Source: a bacterium | GTDB lineage: Bacteria; JAAXHH01 | DNA length: 64,000 nt | Direction: 5' to 3' | NCBI GenBank assembly: GCA_963665755.1 | Contig: OY762445.1 | Coordinates: forward strand, 3,686,590 to 3,750,589 | Shown here: positions 19,089 through 28,781 of the stretch, piece by piece | Numbering within the stretch: position 1 is the first letter of the stretch | Layout: every line of letters starts with the position of its first letter | Made by a program: the position numbers and the translations under genes | Notes under the pieces: generated by a model | Seen by the model: only the letters and a program-made list of their open reading frames with translations | The model's database searches: none | What the model was told of the DNA's origin: nothing

Positions 19089-20787
19089 ACATTCCGACAA
19101 GCGTTACACTCACCGCGGTACCGAAAGGAACAGCACTATCCACAAACGTATCTCATTCCTGGTCTTACTCGCCGTTACCCTGCTCGGCGCAGTCCTTGTC
19201 TCCCCTACCATCAGGCTGTGGTTTTCTTCTCCCGAATCCATCGAAAGGCTTACGCCCGACGAAAGGAAAGCGCTTTACGGCCAGTCCACGGTACCCGGCA
19301 TCGACCTGGCGGGCGGATATCGGCTGACCGCCGGTCTGGATGTATCCCGTTTCACGGAAAGAGGCAGGATGAGGGCGGTGGAGAGCCTGGTCGAAAACTG
19401 GCGCCGGCGCCTCAACGCCTTCGGGATTTCGGAACCGGTCATCACCGCGCGGGGAAACGACGCTTTCGATATCGTCGTACCCGTCAGTGTGGATACCGGA
19501 CTCGCAGCAAGAATGATTCAGGAATCCGGCGCGACCACGCTGCATCTGTTCAAGGACGGCGCGGAAGTGCAGGCCTTGAGGCAGCGTATAGACGATGCCG
19601 TTCGTGAAAGGGACCGGGACGCAACATCCGGGACCGACGCGCAGGAGCCGGCCGGAACGGGTGGATCGGCATCGGACGGAACCGGTGGACTCAGCGCGTT
19701 GCTTGCACGTATCACGGTGGAGGACGGGATCGGGGACATCGCGGTCAGGGAGGACAACCTGGATGCCGTAAAGGCCATGTTGGCCGATTCCACGGTACAG
19801 GCCAGCATACGGGCCTTCAACCTGGCAAATCCTCCCGCCGGCGCCTTCGTGTGGGCGTCAGAACCGGTGGAACGCGGCGGCAGCGTGTACCATCCGCTCT
19901 ATTTCATCAACCAGGACGTGGACCTGAACGCCCAGCCCCTCGCGTCGGCCGTGGTCAGCGACGCTTCCGTAACGGCGGACCGGGGCGCTTACGCGGTACG
20001 CCTTTTCCTGCAGGACGAGGGCAGGGAGAGTCTGGCCAACCTCTCCAGCGCCAACGCGGGAAACCGCCTGGCCATCAAGATGAATGGACAGGTGTACGTG
20101 ACGCTGAGCATTCAGGGCAGAATACCCGACGGACGGATAGAGGTTCCGGGCGGCGATACCCTTGAAGAGGCCCGCGCCCTGGCAGCCATCCTGGAATCCG
20201 AGGCGCCTCCCGTGGCCGTCGCGCTTCTGGATCAGGCGGGAGTGGATATGCCCTCACCGCATGGAGACGGGATCGTGGACAGCGCATTCGGCGCCGCCGT
20301 GATCAGCATTGGCTTACTCGGCGCCTTGTTCGTGATCCGGTACCGGGCAGCCGGCATGCTTTTCATCGTGGGGATTCCGCACTTTCTGATCATGACCGGA
20401 GCGATGCTGAGGCTGTGGAACATCGCCGGAATAGCGCCATACTTCACGCTCGCCGGCGTGGTAGGATTACTCGCCGCGTTGCTTGTTTTCACCACCGTGC
20501 ATCTCTGGATATTCGAATACCTGCGGGCGGAAATCGGGACGGAGACTAAGGTCCGCCAGGACGTCATGACTTCGCTCGAGAAGATCACGCCTGTCCTGGT
20601 CTGGACCCATGTCATGCTGCTGCTCGTCTCCGTGTGCCTGGTCGTAGTCGGCACCGACGGTGTCGTCAATTTCGGTCTCGTGTTGTTTTCCGGCGCGGCC
20701 GGCAGCCTGCTGACCTCGATCCTCTGGACGAAAATGCTTCTGTCCTCCCTGGTGGCGGACTGGCAGATCAGAAAGTTGAGTATATGA
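19060..20787 (+). CDS. secD: SecD-like protein-export membrane protein (SecDF/RND family)
   Basis: N-terminal transmembrane helix, a large periplasmic domain with IDLAGG (compare the SecD GIDLxGG motif), a C-terminal transmembrane bundle, and FEYLRAEIG (compare FERIREEL). The only available start is the ATG at 19060, which overlaps the pdxJ end by 29 nt. Confidence 0.65.
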   Translation: MRQDPRGTGRHSDKRYTHRGTERNSTIHKRISFLVLLAVTLLGAVLVSPTIRLWFSSPESIERLTPDERKALYGQSTVPGIDLAGGYRLTAGLDVSRFTERGRMRAVESLVENWRRRLNAFGISEPVITARGNDAFDIVVPVSVDTGLAARMIQESGATTLHLFKDGAEVQALRQRIDDAVRERDRDATSGTDAQEPAGTGGSASDGTGGLSALLARITVEDGIGDIAVREDNLDAVKAMLADSTVQASIRAFNLANPPAGAFVWASEPVERGGSVYHPLYFINQDVDLNAQPLASAVVSDASVTADRGAYAVRLFLQDEGRESLANLSSANAGNRLAIKMNGQVYVTLSIQGRIPDGRIEVPGGDTLEEARALAAILESEAPPVAVALLDQAGVDMPSPHGDGIVDSAFGAAVISIGLLGALFVIRYRAAGMLFIVGIPHFLIMTGAMLRLWNIAGIAPYFTLAGVVGLLAALLVFTTVHLWIFEYLRAEIGTETKVRQDVMTSLEKITPVLVWTHVMLLLVSVCLVVVGTDGVVNFGLVLFSGAAGSLLTSILWTKMLLSSLVADWQIRKLSI

Positions 20788-21635
20788 TGGAAAACGGCCT
20801 CACCGCACTATACGGAAAACTGATCGACCGCTCCGGGGTTGCCTACGCAATCGTCGTCATACTGGCCGTGATGGGAATCGCCGCAACAGCTTTGAAGAAG
20901 GAACACGCAGTCGACGAGGGTGTGGTGAGCTTGCTGCTGTCCGGCGACCTGCTCTACGGCCTGTTCGTGACCATGCTGATCGTGCTGGTCATCGTGGGCG
21001 CCCGGATAGACGACCGGCCGGGTAAGAGCATCGCGGTGGCCCTGGGCGTATTGGCGGCGGGAAGCATCGTGCGTTTACTGCTCCCGTTAGCCCGGTCGAT
21101 CGACTGGCTGGGAGAATGGAACGGGGTCATGCTCGGCATCATGATCATCACCCTCTACCTGGCGTTTCGCATAGGCGCCCGATTCGCCGTGACGGCGATG
21201 GGTTGCGCACTATACGTCATGTTCGTCACGGCGGGAATCACCTTTGGACTGGTAGATAGGATTACGGTTTCGGGCATACTGGCGCTGATGGCCGTCGGGA
21301 CGCTGGCGGTGGTGATGACCTTCCTGGGCTACAGCCAGGTCAGAAGCCAGATAGAAACCGCTCGGCGTGACCCGGCCGGCCTTTCCGTGCGTACCGGCAT
21401 GTCGCGGGCCCTGCTCTTTCTGGTCCTGGCCGGCCTGGCTGTCCTGGTGGTCGCCGCCCCGCTGGCCATCGCCGCCGACGGTCCCCCGCGTGATTTCGGC
21501 CTCCTGCTGATGATCGGCGGTCCGGTAGGCGCCTGTGCGGCCCTGATGTCGGCGGTGCCGCTCGTATCCATGATGCAGAACGTACGGTTCGAGGTCGGGA
21601 CGCCCGCTCGGCGCGGTGGACGCCGTCAGCGATAA
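20784..21635 (+). CDS. Polytopic membrane protein (about 8 transmembrane helices) at the position where SecF is expected, but without SecF motifs
   Basis: ATGATG start overlapping the secD stop. Hydrophobic throughout, with no GIDFTGG-like SecF motif. Confidence 0.5.
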   Translation: MMENGLTALYGKLIDRSGVAYAIVVILAVMGIAATALKKEHAVDEGVVSLLLSGDLLYGLFVTMLIVLVIVGARIDDRPGKSIAVALGVLAAGSIVRLLLPLARSIDWLGEWNGVMLGIMIITLYLAFRIGARFAVTAMGCALYVMFVTAGITFGLVDRITVSGILALMAVGTLAVVMTFLGYSQVRSQIETARRDPAGLSVRTGMSRALLFLVLAGLAVLVVAAPLAIAADGPPRDFGLLLMIGGPVGACAALMSAVPLVSMMQNVRFEVGTPARRGGRRQR

Positions 21636-21757
21636 GCGCCTGCCCAGCAGTGGTAAGTGCCCGCCGTCAGCGATAAGCGCCCGCCGTCAGCGGCAGTCTC
21701 CAGCCGGCAACGGTAAGTGCCCACCGCGGAACCATGGCGCAGGCAGCCTGGAGTACC

Positions 21758-23269
21758 ATGGCCGATCAACCCAACATACTCCTTATCCTGTCCGACCAGA
21801 TGGTGGCCGCGCTGACCGGAACCTATGGACATCCCGTCGTCCGGACCCCTAACCTGGACAGACTGGCGGCAAACGGCGTGCGCTACGATGCCGCCTACAC
21901 CGCTTTTCCGCTCTGCGCGCCCGGCAGGGCCTGCCTGATGACGGGAAGGCATGCTTCGGAAATCGGCGCCTGGGACAACGGCGCACTGCTGCCTGCGGAC
22001 GAACCTACCTTTGCCCACTACCTGGCCCGTGCGGGTTACGATACCGTGCTGTCGGGAAAGATGCATTTCATCGGCCCGGACCAACTGCATGGATTCAGAA
22101 AGCGGCTGACCACCGACATATATTCCTCCGATTTCGATTGGGTAAAGCCGGAATGGATCCACCTGAAAGAATCCAGGGGTACGGATTTCGAGCAGGTCAT
22201 GAGCAACCGTCCGGCCTATAACGCGGCGGGGTACACGGGCGACGGCGTGCGGACCGGCGCCTGGCACGACGCCTTGAGTTACGACGAGGAAACCCATTTC
22301 CGCGCTATTGAATACCTGCGGGCCAGAAACTCCGGCGGGGAGGATGGCCCCTTTCTGCTCTGCGCGTCCTATCACCATCCGCACGAACCGTTCTGGCCGC
22401 CCGATGCCTATTGGAAACAGTATGAAGACGCGGACATCGACCTGCCCGTCTTTCCCGCCGGCCTGGACGATCACCATTCCATGATGGATCTGAACCTCAA
22501 CGCCTATCATGGTACCGGGCGTTACGATTTGCGGAACGAAGAGGGCCTTTACCGGCTTCGCCGCGCCTATTACGCCCTGGTGAGCTACATGGACGACAAG
22601 GTCGGTGGCCTGCTGGACGCGCTTGACGAAACCGGACTGGCTGAAAATACGGTGGTGGTCTTCGCCAGCGACCACGGCGATATGCTGTGCGAGCGGGGCA
22701 TGGTTCAGAAACGCTGTTTCTACGAATGGTCCTGCCGGGTGCCCCTCATCGTTCGCTTTCCAGATGGATGGAGGGCGGGTACGACCTTTTCCGATCCCGT
22801 GTCGCTGATCGATCTTCTGCCTACGTTCTGTGATCTCGCGGGCGTTGAAGACCGGCTTCCCCACGACGGCCAAAGTCTCGTGTCGGCGGCCGCGGACGAC
22901 GCGGACCGCGTGGTGTTCGCCCAGGCGCACGAGGCCGTGGGCATGCCCTGCATCATGGCGAGGCAGGGCCGGTACAAGTACCATTACATTCACGGTTTCG
23001 CCCCTCGGCTTTTTGATCTGGACAACGATCCGGGCGAATGGCATAATCTCTCCGGCGAGCACGCCGAGGACGCACACCGCCAGGTGGAAGCGCGTCTGCT
23101 CGCCCGGATCCTCGACCGGTTCGACCCGGATGTCATAGCGGAGGAAAACCTGGACAGCCTTTACCGGCGGCGCCTGATCCGGGATACCATGTCGCGGCAC
23201 GGACACACGTGGAGTCATGAGCCCGGTTTCGACCACCGGAAGGGCGCCATGAAACAGTATTTGAGCTAG
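21758..23269 (+). CDS. Sulfatase (formylglycine-dependent; choline/aryl-sulfatase-like)
   Basis: CAPGRACLMTGR contains the CxPxR formylglycine motif. Full-length sulfatase fold with the motifs GKMHFIG and VVFASDHGDM. Confidence 0.88.
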   Translation: MADQPNILLILSDQMVAALTGTYGHPVVRTPNLDRLAANGVRYDAAYTAFPLCAPGRACLMTGRHASEIGAWDNGALLPADEPTFAHYLARAGYDTVLSGKMHFIGPDQLHGFRKRLTTDIYSSDFDWVKPEWIHLKESRGTDFEQVMSNRPAYNAAGYTGDGVRTGAWHDALSYDEETHFRAIEYLRARNSGGEDGPFLLCASYHHPHEPFWPPDAYWKQYEDADIDLPVFPAGLDDHHSMMDLNLNAYHGTGRYDLRNEEGLYRLRRAYYALVSYMDDKVGGLLDALDETGLAENTVVVFASDHGDMLCERGMVQKRCFYEWSCRVPLIVRFPDGWRAGTTFSDPVSLIDLLPTFCDLAGVEDRLPHDGQSLVSAAADDADRVVFAQAHEAVGMPCIMARQGRYKYHYIHGFAPRLFDLDNDPGEWHNLSGEHAEDAHRQVEARLLARILDRFDPDVIAEENLDSLYRRRLIRDTMSRHGHTWSHEPGFDHRKGAMKQYLS

Positions 23270-23358
23270 ACGGGCGGGTCGGAACGGTCAGACTTTTCGA
23301 TTCGCGCTTACGAATACCCGCCTGAGAAGGCGGGCAGGCATCCAACAGGGGGTTGTTC

Positions 23359-24312
23359 ATGTTGCGCGCAGGGTTCATCGGCGCCGGGGGCCGTTCCCAG
23401 AGCGCCCACTACCCGGCGGTCGAGCGGTTGCCGGACGTCGAAATGACCGCCGTGTGCGAACTGGACGAGACGCGCCTGGCGCAGGTAACCGGACGCTACG
23501 ACTTTCCGCACGTATACACGGACCATCGCGCCATGCTCTCGGAAGTGGAGCTGGACGTGATCTACTGCGTCATGCATGAAAAATGGCTGCTCCAGCCCGC
23601 CCTCGACTGCCTTCGCGCGGGCAAGCATGTTTTCATGGAAAAACCTCCCGGCGCGAACAGCGGGGAGACGAGGCAGTTGATGGACGCCGCCGTGGAACAC
23701 GACGTGTACGCCATGGTGGGATATCAGCGTCGTTTTACCACGGTCGTCCGTGAAGCCATGCGGCGCGTACGCGAAAGAGGTCCCATCTCCCATGCCGTGA
23801 CCACCTTCAACAAGAAACTGCTGTATGACAAGCAACCGTACTCGACGACCCTGTGGGACGACGTGACCCACGTGGTGGACCTGCTGCGGTACATGGTGGG
23901 CAGCGAACCCGTTGAAGTGACCCGTTACCGGGACAAGTTTGAATCGGTCGCCTGGAATCACTACACGGCGCTGGTCCGTTTCGCCAGCGGCGCCACGGGC
24001 GTGGTATTCGGAAACCGCGCCTCCGGCGGCCGGGTGCTGAGCGCCGAACTGCACGGCGTGGGCATCGGCTGCTACATGAAGCTGCCCGAGGAAATCGACA
24101 TCCGCGAGGACGATCGCCAAACAGTCCTGCAGGGCTGGGAGATTAGCGGCGATGACGCGGAAGATTCGCCCCGTTACGAGGGAGCGCTCGCCATGCACGA
24201 GCACTTCGTGGATTCCGTACGCAACCAGACCATCCCCGTCAGCGATCTTCGGGACGTCATACATACCATCCGCCTCGTAGACTGGATCGAATCGGGGCAT
24301 CGTCCCGATTAG
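23359..24312 (+). CDS. Gfo/Idh/MocA family oxidoreductase
   Basis: N-terminal Rossmann motif GFIGAGG; MocA-type dehydrogenase fold. Confidence 0.82.
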   Translation: MLRAGFIGAGGRSQSAHYPAVERLPDVEMTAVCELDETRLAQVTGRYDFPHVYTDHRAMLSEVELDVIYCVMHEKWLLQPALDCLRAGKHVFMEKPPGANSGETRQLMDAAVEHDVYAMVGYQRRFTTVVREAMRRVRERGPISHAVTTFNKKLLYDKQPYSTTLWDDVTHVVDLLRYMVGSEPVEVTRYRDKFESVAWNHYTALVRFASGATGVVFGNRASGGRVLSAELHGVGIGCYMKLPEEIDIREDDRQTVLQGWEISGDDAEDSPRYEGALAMHEHFVDSVRNQTIPVSDLRDVIHTIRLVDWIESGHRPD

Positions 24313-24415
24313 GGCGGCGTAAGGTAGCGCGGCCAGCCCGCATCGCGCCGCCGTAAATGGCCGCGGCAGCGCACCGTAAATGGCCGCGGCGCCCGGTCAC
24401 CAGACCCCTCGCATC

Positions 24416-24874
24416 ATGCAACGGCTCAATTTTCCGGAATACGCATTCGAAATCGAATCGGACGACGCGGGCCGCAGCGTCATTTTCGACGGGGTCCGGC
24501 GCAGGTTCGTTCGCCTGACACCCGAAGAATGGGTCAGGCAGCACCTGGTGCGCTACCTGGTCGAGGACCGGGGCTTCCCGGCAGGCTGGGCGGCCGTGGA
24601 AAAAGGCTTCCAGTACGCCGGCACAGCCGTTCGCGCCGATGTGATCATGCATGATCGGAACGGCCGGCCGGTCCTGATGGGTGAATGCAAAGCGCCGGAG
24701 GTTCGCATGACCGAAGCCGTATTCGAGCAACTGGCCCGGTACAATTCGGTCATCAACGCCCGGTACCTGGTGGCTACCAACGGCAAGACGCACTACTGTT
24801 GCGAACACAAGGCCGGCGGCGGTTACCGCTTTCTTTCGGAACTGCCCCGCTTCGAGGGTGCCCGAGGAGTCTGA
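24416..24874 (+). CDS. Type I restriction enzyme HsdR N-terminal (PD-(D/E)xK-like) domain protein, standalone
   Basis: About 150 aa, resembling HSDR_N-type small proteins (ADVIMHDRNGRPVLMGECKAPE core). Confidence 0.5.
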   Translation: MQRLNFPEYAFEIESDDAGRSVIFDGVRRRFVRLTPEEWVRQHLVRYLVEDRGFPAGWAAVEKGFQYAGTAVRADVIMHDRNGRPVLMGECKAPEVRMTEAVFEQLARYNSVINARYLVATNGKTHYCCEHKAGGGYRFLSELPRFEGARGV

Positions 24875-24876
24875 TC

Positions 24877-25680
24877 GTGGCGGAAGGACTGATACTCGCG
24901 GCCCGGGAATCATTGGAACAGCGGGTCGAAGCCCTGGAGCAGGAGGGTTATGTCTTCTTCCCCGGTGCACTCTCCGGAGAAGAGGTCGCCGTATTGCGAA
25001 AAGCCATGGACCGGCTTGAAGCCCGGCCCGAGGAATACGACCGGCATACGGACCCCGAGACCCACGGGTTCCTGAACAAGTCCATCAACAATGTATTCAA
25101 TCGCGACCCCGTATTCCTGTCCTTTCTGGACCGTCCGGACGTCATCGACGTGGTCGAAGCCGCCCATGGACCGGACTGTCACGTCATCGGCATGACGGCG
25201 TGGATGACGGGCCCCGGCCGGCCGGACCAGGGCATCCACGTGGACTGGCAGCCGCTGGAACTGCCCGAAGACGTCATGGACGATCCGCGGGTCGAGGTGC
25301 CCGTTTACATCTCCACGGTCCACTATTATCTGGACGATCTCTACGAGGCCCTGGGCCCCACGCAGTTCATTCCAGGCAGCCACCGGGCCGGCCGCGTACC
25401 CGCCGCCGGGGAATCCGCCTGGCGCGGAGTCGAACCCCGCAGCATCCTCTGCGCGGCTGGAGACGCCGTCCTGTTTCGCTACGAGGTCTGGCACCGCGGG
25501 ACGGCGAACACGAGCGACCGGGTGCGCTACCTGCTCCAGGTCCACTACGCCCGGCGCATGATCACGCAGAAGTTCCCGCCCTACCTGAACCGGTTCCGGT
25601 TCGACCCGGCCATCCTGTCCCGCGCCACGGACCGCCAGCGCCGGTTGTTGGGCGAGCATGTGCAGGGCAATTACGACTGA
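24877..25680 (+). CDS. Phytanoyl-CoA dioxygenase (PhyH) family protein
   Basis: GTG start. PhyH-like double-stranded beta-helix with His/Asp...His iron ligands. Confidence 0.75.
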   Translation: MAEGLILAARESLEQRVEALEQEGYVFFPGALSGEEVAVLRKAMDRLEARPEEYDRHTDPETHGFLNKSINNVFNRDPVFLSFLDRPDVIDVVEAAHGPDCHVIGMTAWMTGPGRPDQGIHVDWQPLELPEDVMDDPRVEVPVYISTVHYYLDDLYEALGPTQFIPGSHRAGRVPAAGESAWRGVEPRSILCAAGDAVLFRYEVWHRGTANTSDRVRYLLQVHYARRMITQKFPPYLNRFRFDPAILSRATDRQRRLLGEHVQGNYD

Positions 25681-25794
25681 TTTTCCAAGGATCTATCGCG
25701 CGTCGAGGCGAGTATTTACTCGAGAATGTGTTGACGAGTAGCGACTGAAGATTGATAACACATCTTTAGCTTTCGAGTATCTTGGGAGATAGTC

Positions 25795-26010
25795 ATGAAC
25801 GAAGACAGTCGCTACGCTCGTAATGACGATGAAGTTGACACGCCTGCATTGTCTGCTCAAGTAAACGAGGAGTTCGAGAAGCTGCAGAAGAGGTTGGCGG
25901 AGTTGCGCCGCCAGGGTATACTGATTGGCGGCTATGGCCCGAGCAAGCCCTTTCGCCCGGTTGCCCGCGTTCCCGGAGGGTTAGCCCGATTTCTCGCCGA
26001 ACGGGAGTAG
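25795..26010 (+). CDS. Small antitoxin-like protein, putative partner of the adjacent truncated vapC
   Basis: 71 aa, lying 6 nt upstream of a PIN-domain N-terminus. SD-like GGGAGA precedes the start. Confidence 0.45.
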   Translation: MNEDSRYARNDDEVDTPALSAQVNEEFEKLQKRLAELRRQGILIGGYGPSKPFRPVARVPGGLARFLAERE

Positions 26011-26016
26011 GATTGC

Positions 26017-26165
26017 ATGGTTAAAACGCCTGCGATTTCCTCGATGGCGTACGTGGACACTTCTGCTATATTATCCATAGTCTTCGAAGAGCCGGATTGG
26101 GAGTTAACTGCGCACAGGCTGGCCGAGTTTCCCGTGCTGTTGTCGTCGAACTTGCTGGAAGCGGA
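26017..26165 (+). pseudogene. vapC: vapC (PIN-domain toxin), 3'-truncated remnant
   Basis: MAYVDTSAILSIVFEEP...LLEAEMRSA is the N-terminal ~45 aa of a PIN domain. The frame then loses similarity and overlaps the mod reading frame. Confidence 0.55.
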
Positions 26166-26633
26166 AATGCGTTCCGCGACCCACCCTATAACACAGGCAA
26201 CGAGGATTGGATCTACAACGATAGAGTAAACAGTCCGCTGATGAAGGCGTGGTTCGCGGAGCAAAGCCCGGTGGACGGCGAGGATCTGGAGGGACATGAC
26301 AAGTGGCTATGCATGATGTGGCCAAGACTTCACCTGCTCAAGGAACTGCTAGCAGACGATGGTGTCATTTTCGTGTCCATCGATGACAACGAGCAGCACC
26401 ACCTCCGGATGTTGATGGATGAGGTTTTTGGTGAAGATCGTTTTCTAGGGGAGTTTGTTTGGAAGAGCCGACAAAACAGAGATAACCGTAATGTGACTGG
26501 CGCATCAATCGATCACGAATATGTCCTTTGCTACGGAGCATCTATAAGAGGCGACGAAAGAAAGACCGATCAGTATTCGAATCCAGACAACGACCCAAGA
26601 GGAGACTGGGCTAGCGGTAACATGGTTGGGCTA

Positions 26634-27812
26634 GTGTCACGTCCCAGAAATAGCCTTACATAATCGTTCGATTTTGTGCAGGATCGATGTCGTGGTGGCG
26701 GTCCATACGAAAGGTTTTGACGTCTGGTTGTAGTTGTCGGTGAAGGTATGGATGCTTTCGATGAGTTCTTTCACGGATCTGAAGGAGCCCCGCCTGATGG
26801 CCTTCTGTGTGATGATATTGAACCAGATTTCGACCTGGTTGAGCCAGGATGCGTAAGTGGGGGTAAAGTGGATGTGGTATCTGGGTCGTTTCGCCAGCCA
26901 TCGCTTTACCCTGGTGTGCTTGTGTGTAGAGTAATTGTCGACGATCAAGTGCACATCGAGTGCTTTCGGGACGTTATCATCGATGTGGTTGAGAAACTGC
27001 AGGAACTCCTGGTGGCGGTGCCTGCGCTTGCATTGCGCCATAATCTCGCCGGAGGCGATGTCCAGGGCGGCAAACAACGTCGTGGTGCCGTGCCGGAGGT
27101 AATTGTGGGTTACGCCTTCCACGTATCCCAGCCCCATGGGCAAAAGCGGTTGGGTACGTTCCAGAGCCTGCGTCTGGCTCTTCTCGTCGACACAAAGCAC
27201 TATCGCCGCATCCGGCGGGTTCAGATACAGTCCGACAATGTCGTGCACTTTCTCGGTGAAGAAGGGATCGTTGGACAGCTTGAAGTGCTTCTGCCGGTGG
27301 GGCGCAATGCCCAGGGTGGACCAGATGCGCTGCACTTCGGATTTGGATATCTTCGTTTCGGCAGCGATGGACCGGCACGTCCAATGGGTGCTGCCATCGG
27401 GTGGTTTCGTGGTGAGCGTCTTGCGTATCAAGGCGGTGATGTCTTCGGCGACAACGCTGCGCGGTCTGCCCGGCCGGCGTTCATCGTAGAGCCCCATCAA
27501 CCCTTGCCGGAGAAAACGGTTGCGCCAGGTGCCCACGCTCTGCGCACTCAGCCCCACCTGCTGTGCAATCGCCCGGTTGCTGAGGCCGTCGGCGCTCAGC
27601 AAAATGATATGGGCGCGTCGCACGAGTCCGTGCGACAACGTACGCGACCGGGACAGTGACATCAGTTCCTCCCGGACCTGCGGAGACAACACAATCGGTT
27701 TCCTCGGACGACCGCGTCCCATGATTCTCTCCTTTGTCAAAGGTGTATCAAGCGTATGGAGTGAATATAGGACATCTGCAATATAAATCAAGTTATTTTA
27801 GGGACATGACAC
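26634..27812 (-). mobile_element. IS630-family insertion sequence, 1179 bp, inserted at CTAG with a TA target duplication
   Basis: Imperfect terminal inverted repeats: GTGTCACGTCCCAGAAATAGCC on the left, against the reverse complement of GGGACATGACAC... on the right. Flanking TA at 26632-26633 and 27813-27814 within a reconstructed CTAG target. Confidence 0.85.
26637..27722 (-). CDS. IS630-family DDE transposase
   Basis: 362 aa starting at MGRGRPRKP (HTH), with a DDE-type domain (CVDEKS ... VDNYSTHK). Looks intact. Confidence 0.88.
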   Translation of the reverse strand: MGRGRPRKPIVLSPQVREELMSLSRSRTLSHGLVRRAHIILLSADGLSNRAIAQQVGLSAQSVGTWRNRFLRQGLMGLYDERRPGRPRSVVAEDITALIRKTLTTKPPDGSTHWTCRSIAAETKISKSEVQRIWSTLGIAPHRQKHFKLSNDPFFTEKVHDIVGLYLNPPDAAIVLCVDEKSQTQALERTQPLLPMGLGYVEGVTHNYLRHGTTTLFAALDIASGEIMAQCKRRHRHQEFLQFLNHIDDNVPKALDVHLIVDNYSTHKHTRVKRWLAKRPRYHIHFTPTYASWLNQVEIWFNIITQKAIRRGSFRSVKELIESIHTFTDNYNQTSKPFVWTATTTSILHKIERLCKAISGT

Positions 27813-28781
27813 TAGCAACTGAAGAATCTCGTCCAAATTTACATTTTGATCTAATTGATCCAGAAACGGGTACCAATTATGGCTGCCCTCCTAGAGGTTG
27901 GCGATATGACCTTGAACGCATGTATGAACTGATTTCGGAAGGAAGAATACTTTGGCCTGAAAACCCTAAAGGAAGGCCAAGGGTCAAAGTCTTTCTGAAG
28001 GAACTGAGAAATACCTTTACAGGATTTTCGTCCCTAATTGGCGAAGGGGTTTTCACAAGAAATGGGACTCTAGAAATAGAAGACATTTTTTCCTCAAGAG
28101 TTATTGAGTTTCCCAAGCCGTCTGAACTTGTGCGTCAGTTGATTCTTCAGGGATGTCCTGATGTGGGTATAGTTCTAGACTCCTTCGCCGGCAGCGGAAC
28201 AACTGCCCATGCTGTACTCGCCCTCAACAAAGAAGACGGCGGCAATCGCAAGTTCATTCTCGTAGAGTGTGAGGACTATGCTGACACCATTACAGCCGAG
28301 CGCGTGCGCCTGGTGAGTAAGGGCATTCCCAACTCGCAAGATGAGTCCTTGCAAGTAGGGCTCGGGGGTTCCTTTACCTACTGCACGCTGGGTGACCCAA
28401 TAGACGTCGAAGGGATGTTGACCGGCGAAGCGCTTCCAGATTTTTCGACTTTGGCAGCCTATTTGTTGCACACATCAGCAGGACTCTCTACCGGAGTCGA
28501 TTTACTGCAACCAGAGAACGAAGACGGGCTTTTTTACAGCAGTGACACTACCAACTACTACCTCATGTATAAACCTGACGTGGGTTATCTGAGCAGTAAC
28601 GAGGCGATGCTGAATGGGGAGCGGGCGCGGCGCATCAGTACATCAAGCCAAGAAGCTGGGGTGAAAGCCATTGTTTTCGGGCCTGGCAAATACATTGGCC
28701 AGCGCAATCTGACATCCATGGGTATCACCTTCTGCCAACTACCCTACGAGATACATAGAGCCGGGCAATAGGGAGTTCGTT

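Larger units (their letters stand above)
26097..28771 (+). pseudogene. mod: Type III restriction-modification methyltransferase (Mod, beta-class N6-adenine), split by an IS630-family insertion
   Basis: The 5' part (to 26633) carries DPPYNTG (motif IV). The 3' part (from 27815) carries DSFAGSGTT (motif I). Removing 26634-27814 rejoins ...GNMVGL|ATEESRPNLHFDLID... in frame. The 5' start is uncertain because it overlaps the vapC remnant. Confidence 0.85.

Noticed and set aside
18150-19100. 316-aa minus-strand ORF
   Set aside because: Antisense to pdxJ. No motifs, and His/Arg/Gly-rich.
20634-21635. Upstream-extended 333-aa version of the membrane-protein ORF after secD
   Set aside because: The extension overlaps secD in another frame. 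The ATGATG at 20784-20789, overlapping the secD stop, is the sensible start.
21626-23236. 536-aa minus-strand ORF
   Set aside because: It is entirely antisense to the sulfatase gene, which has a clear CxPxR motif, and has biased composition (Arg/Gly/Val/His-rich).
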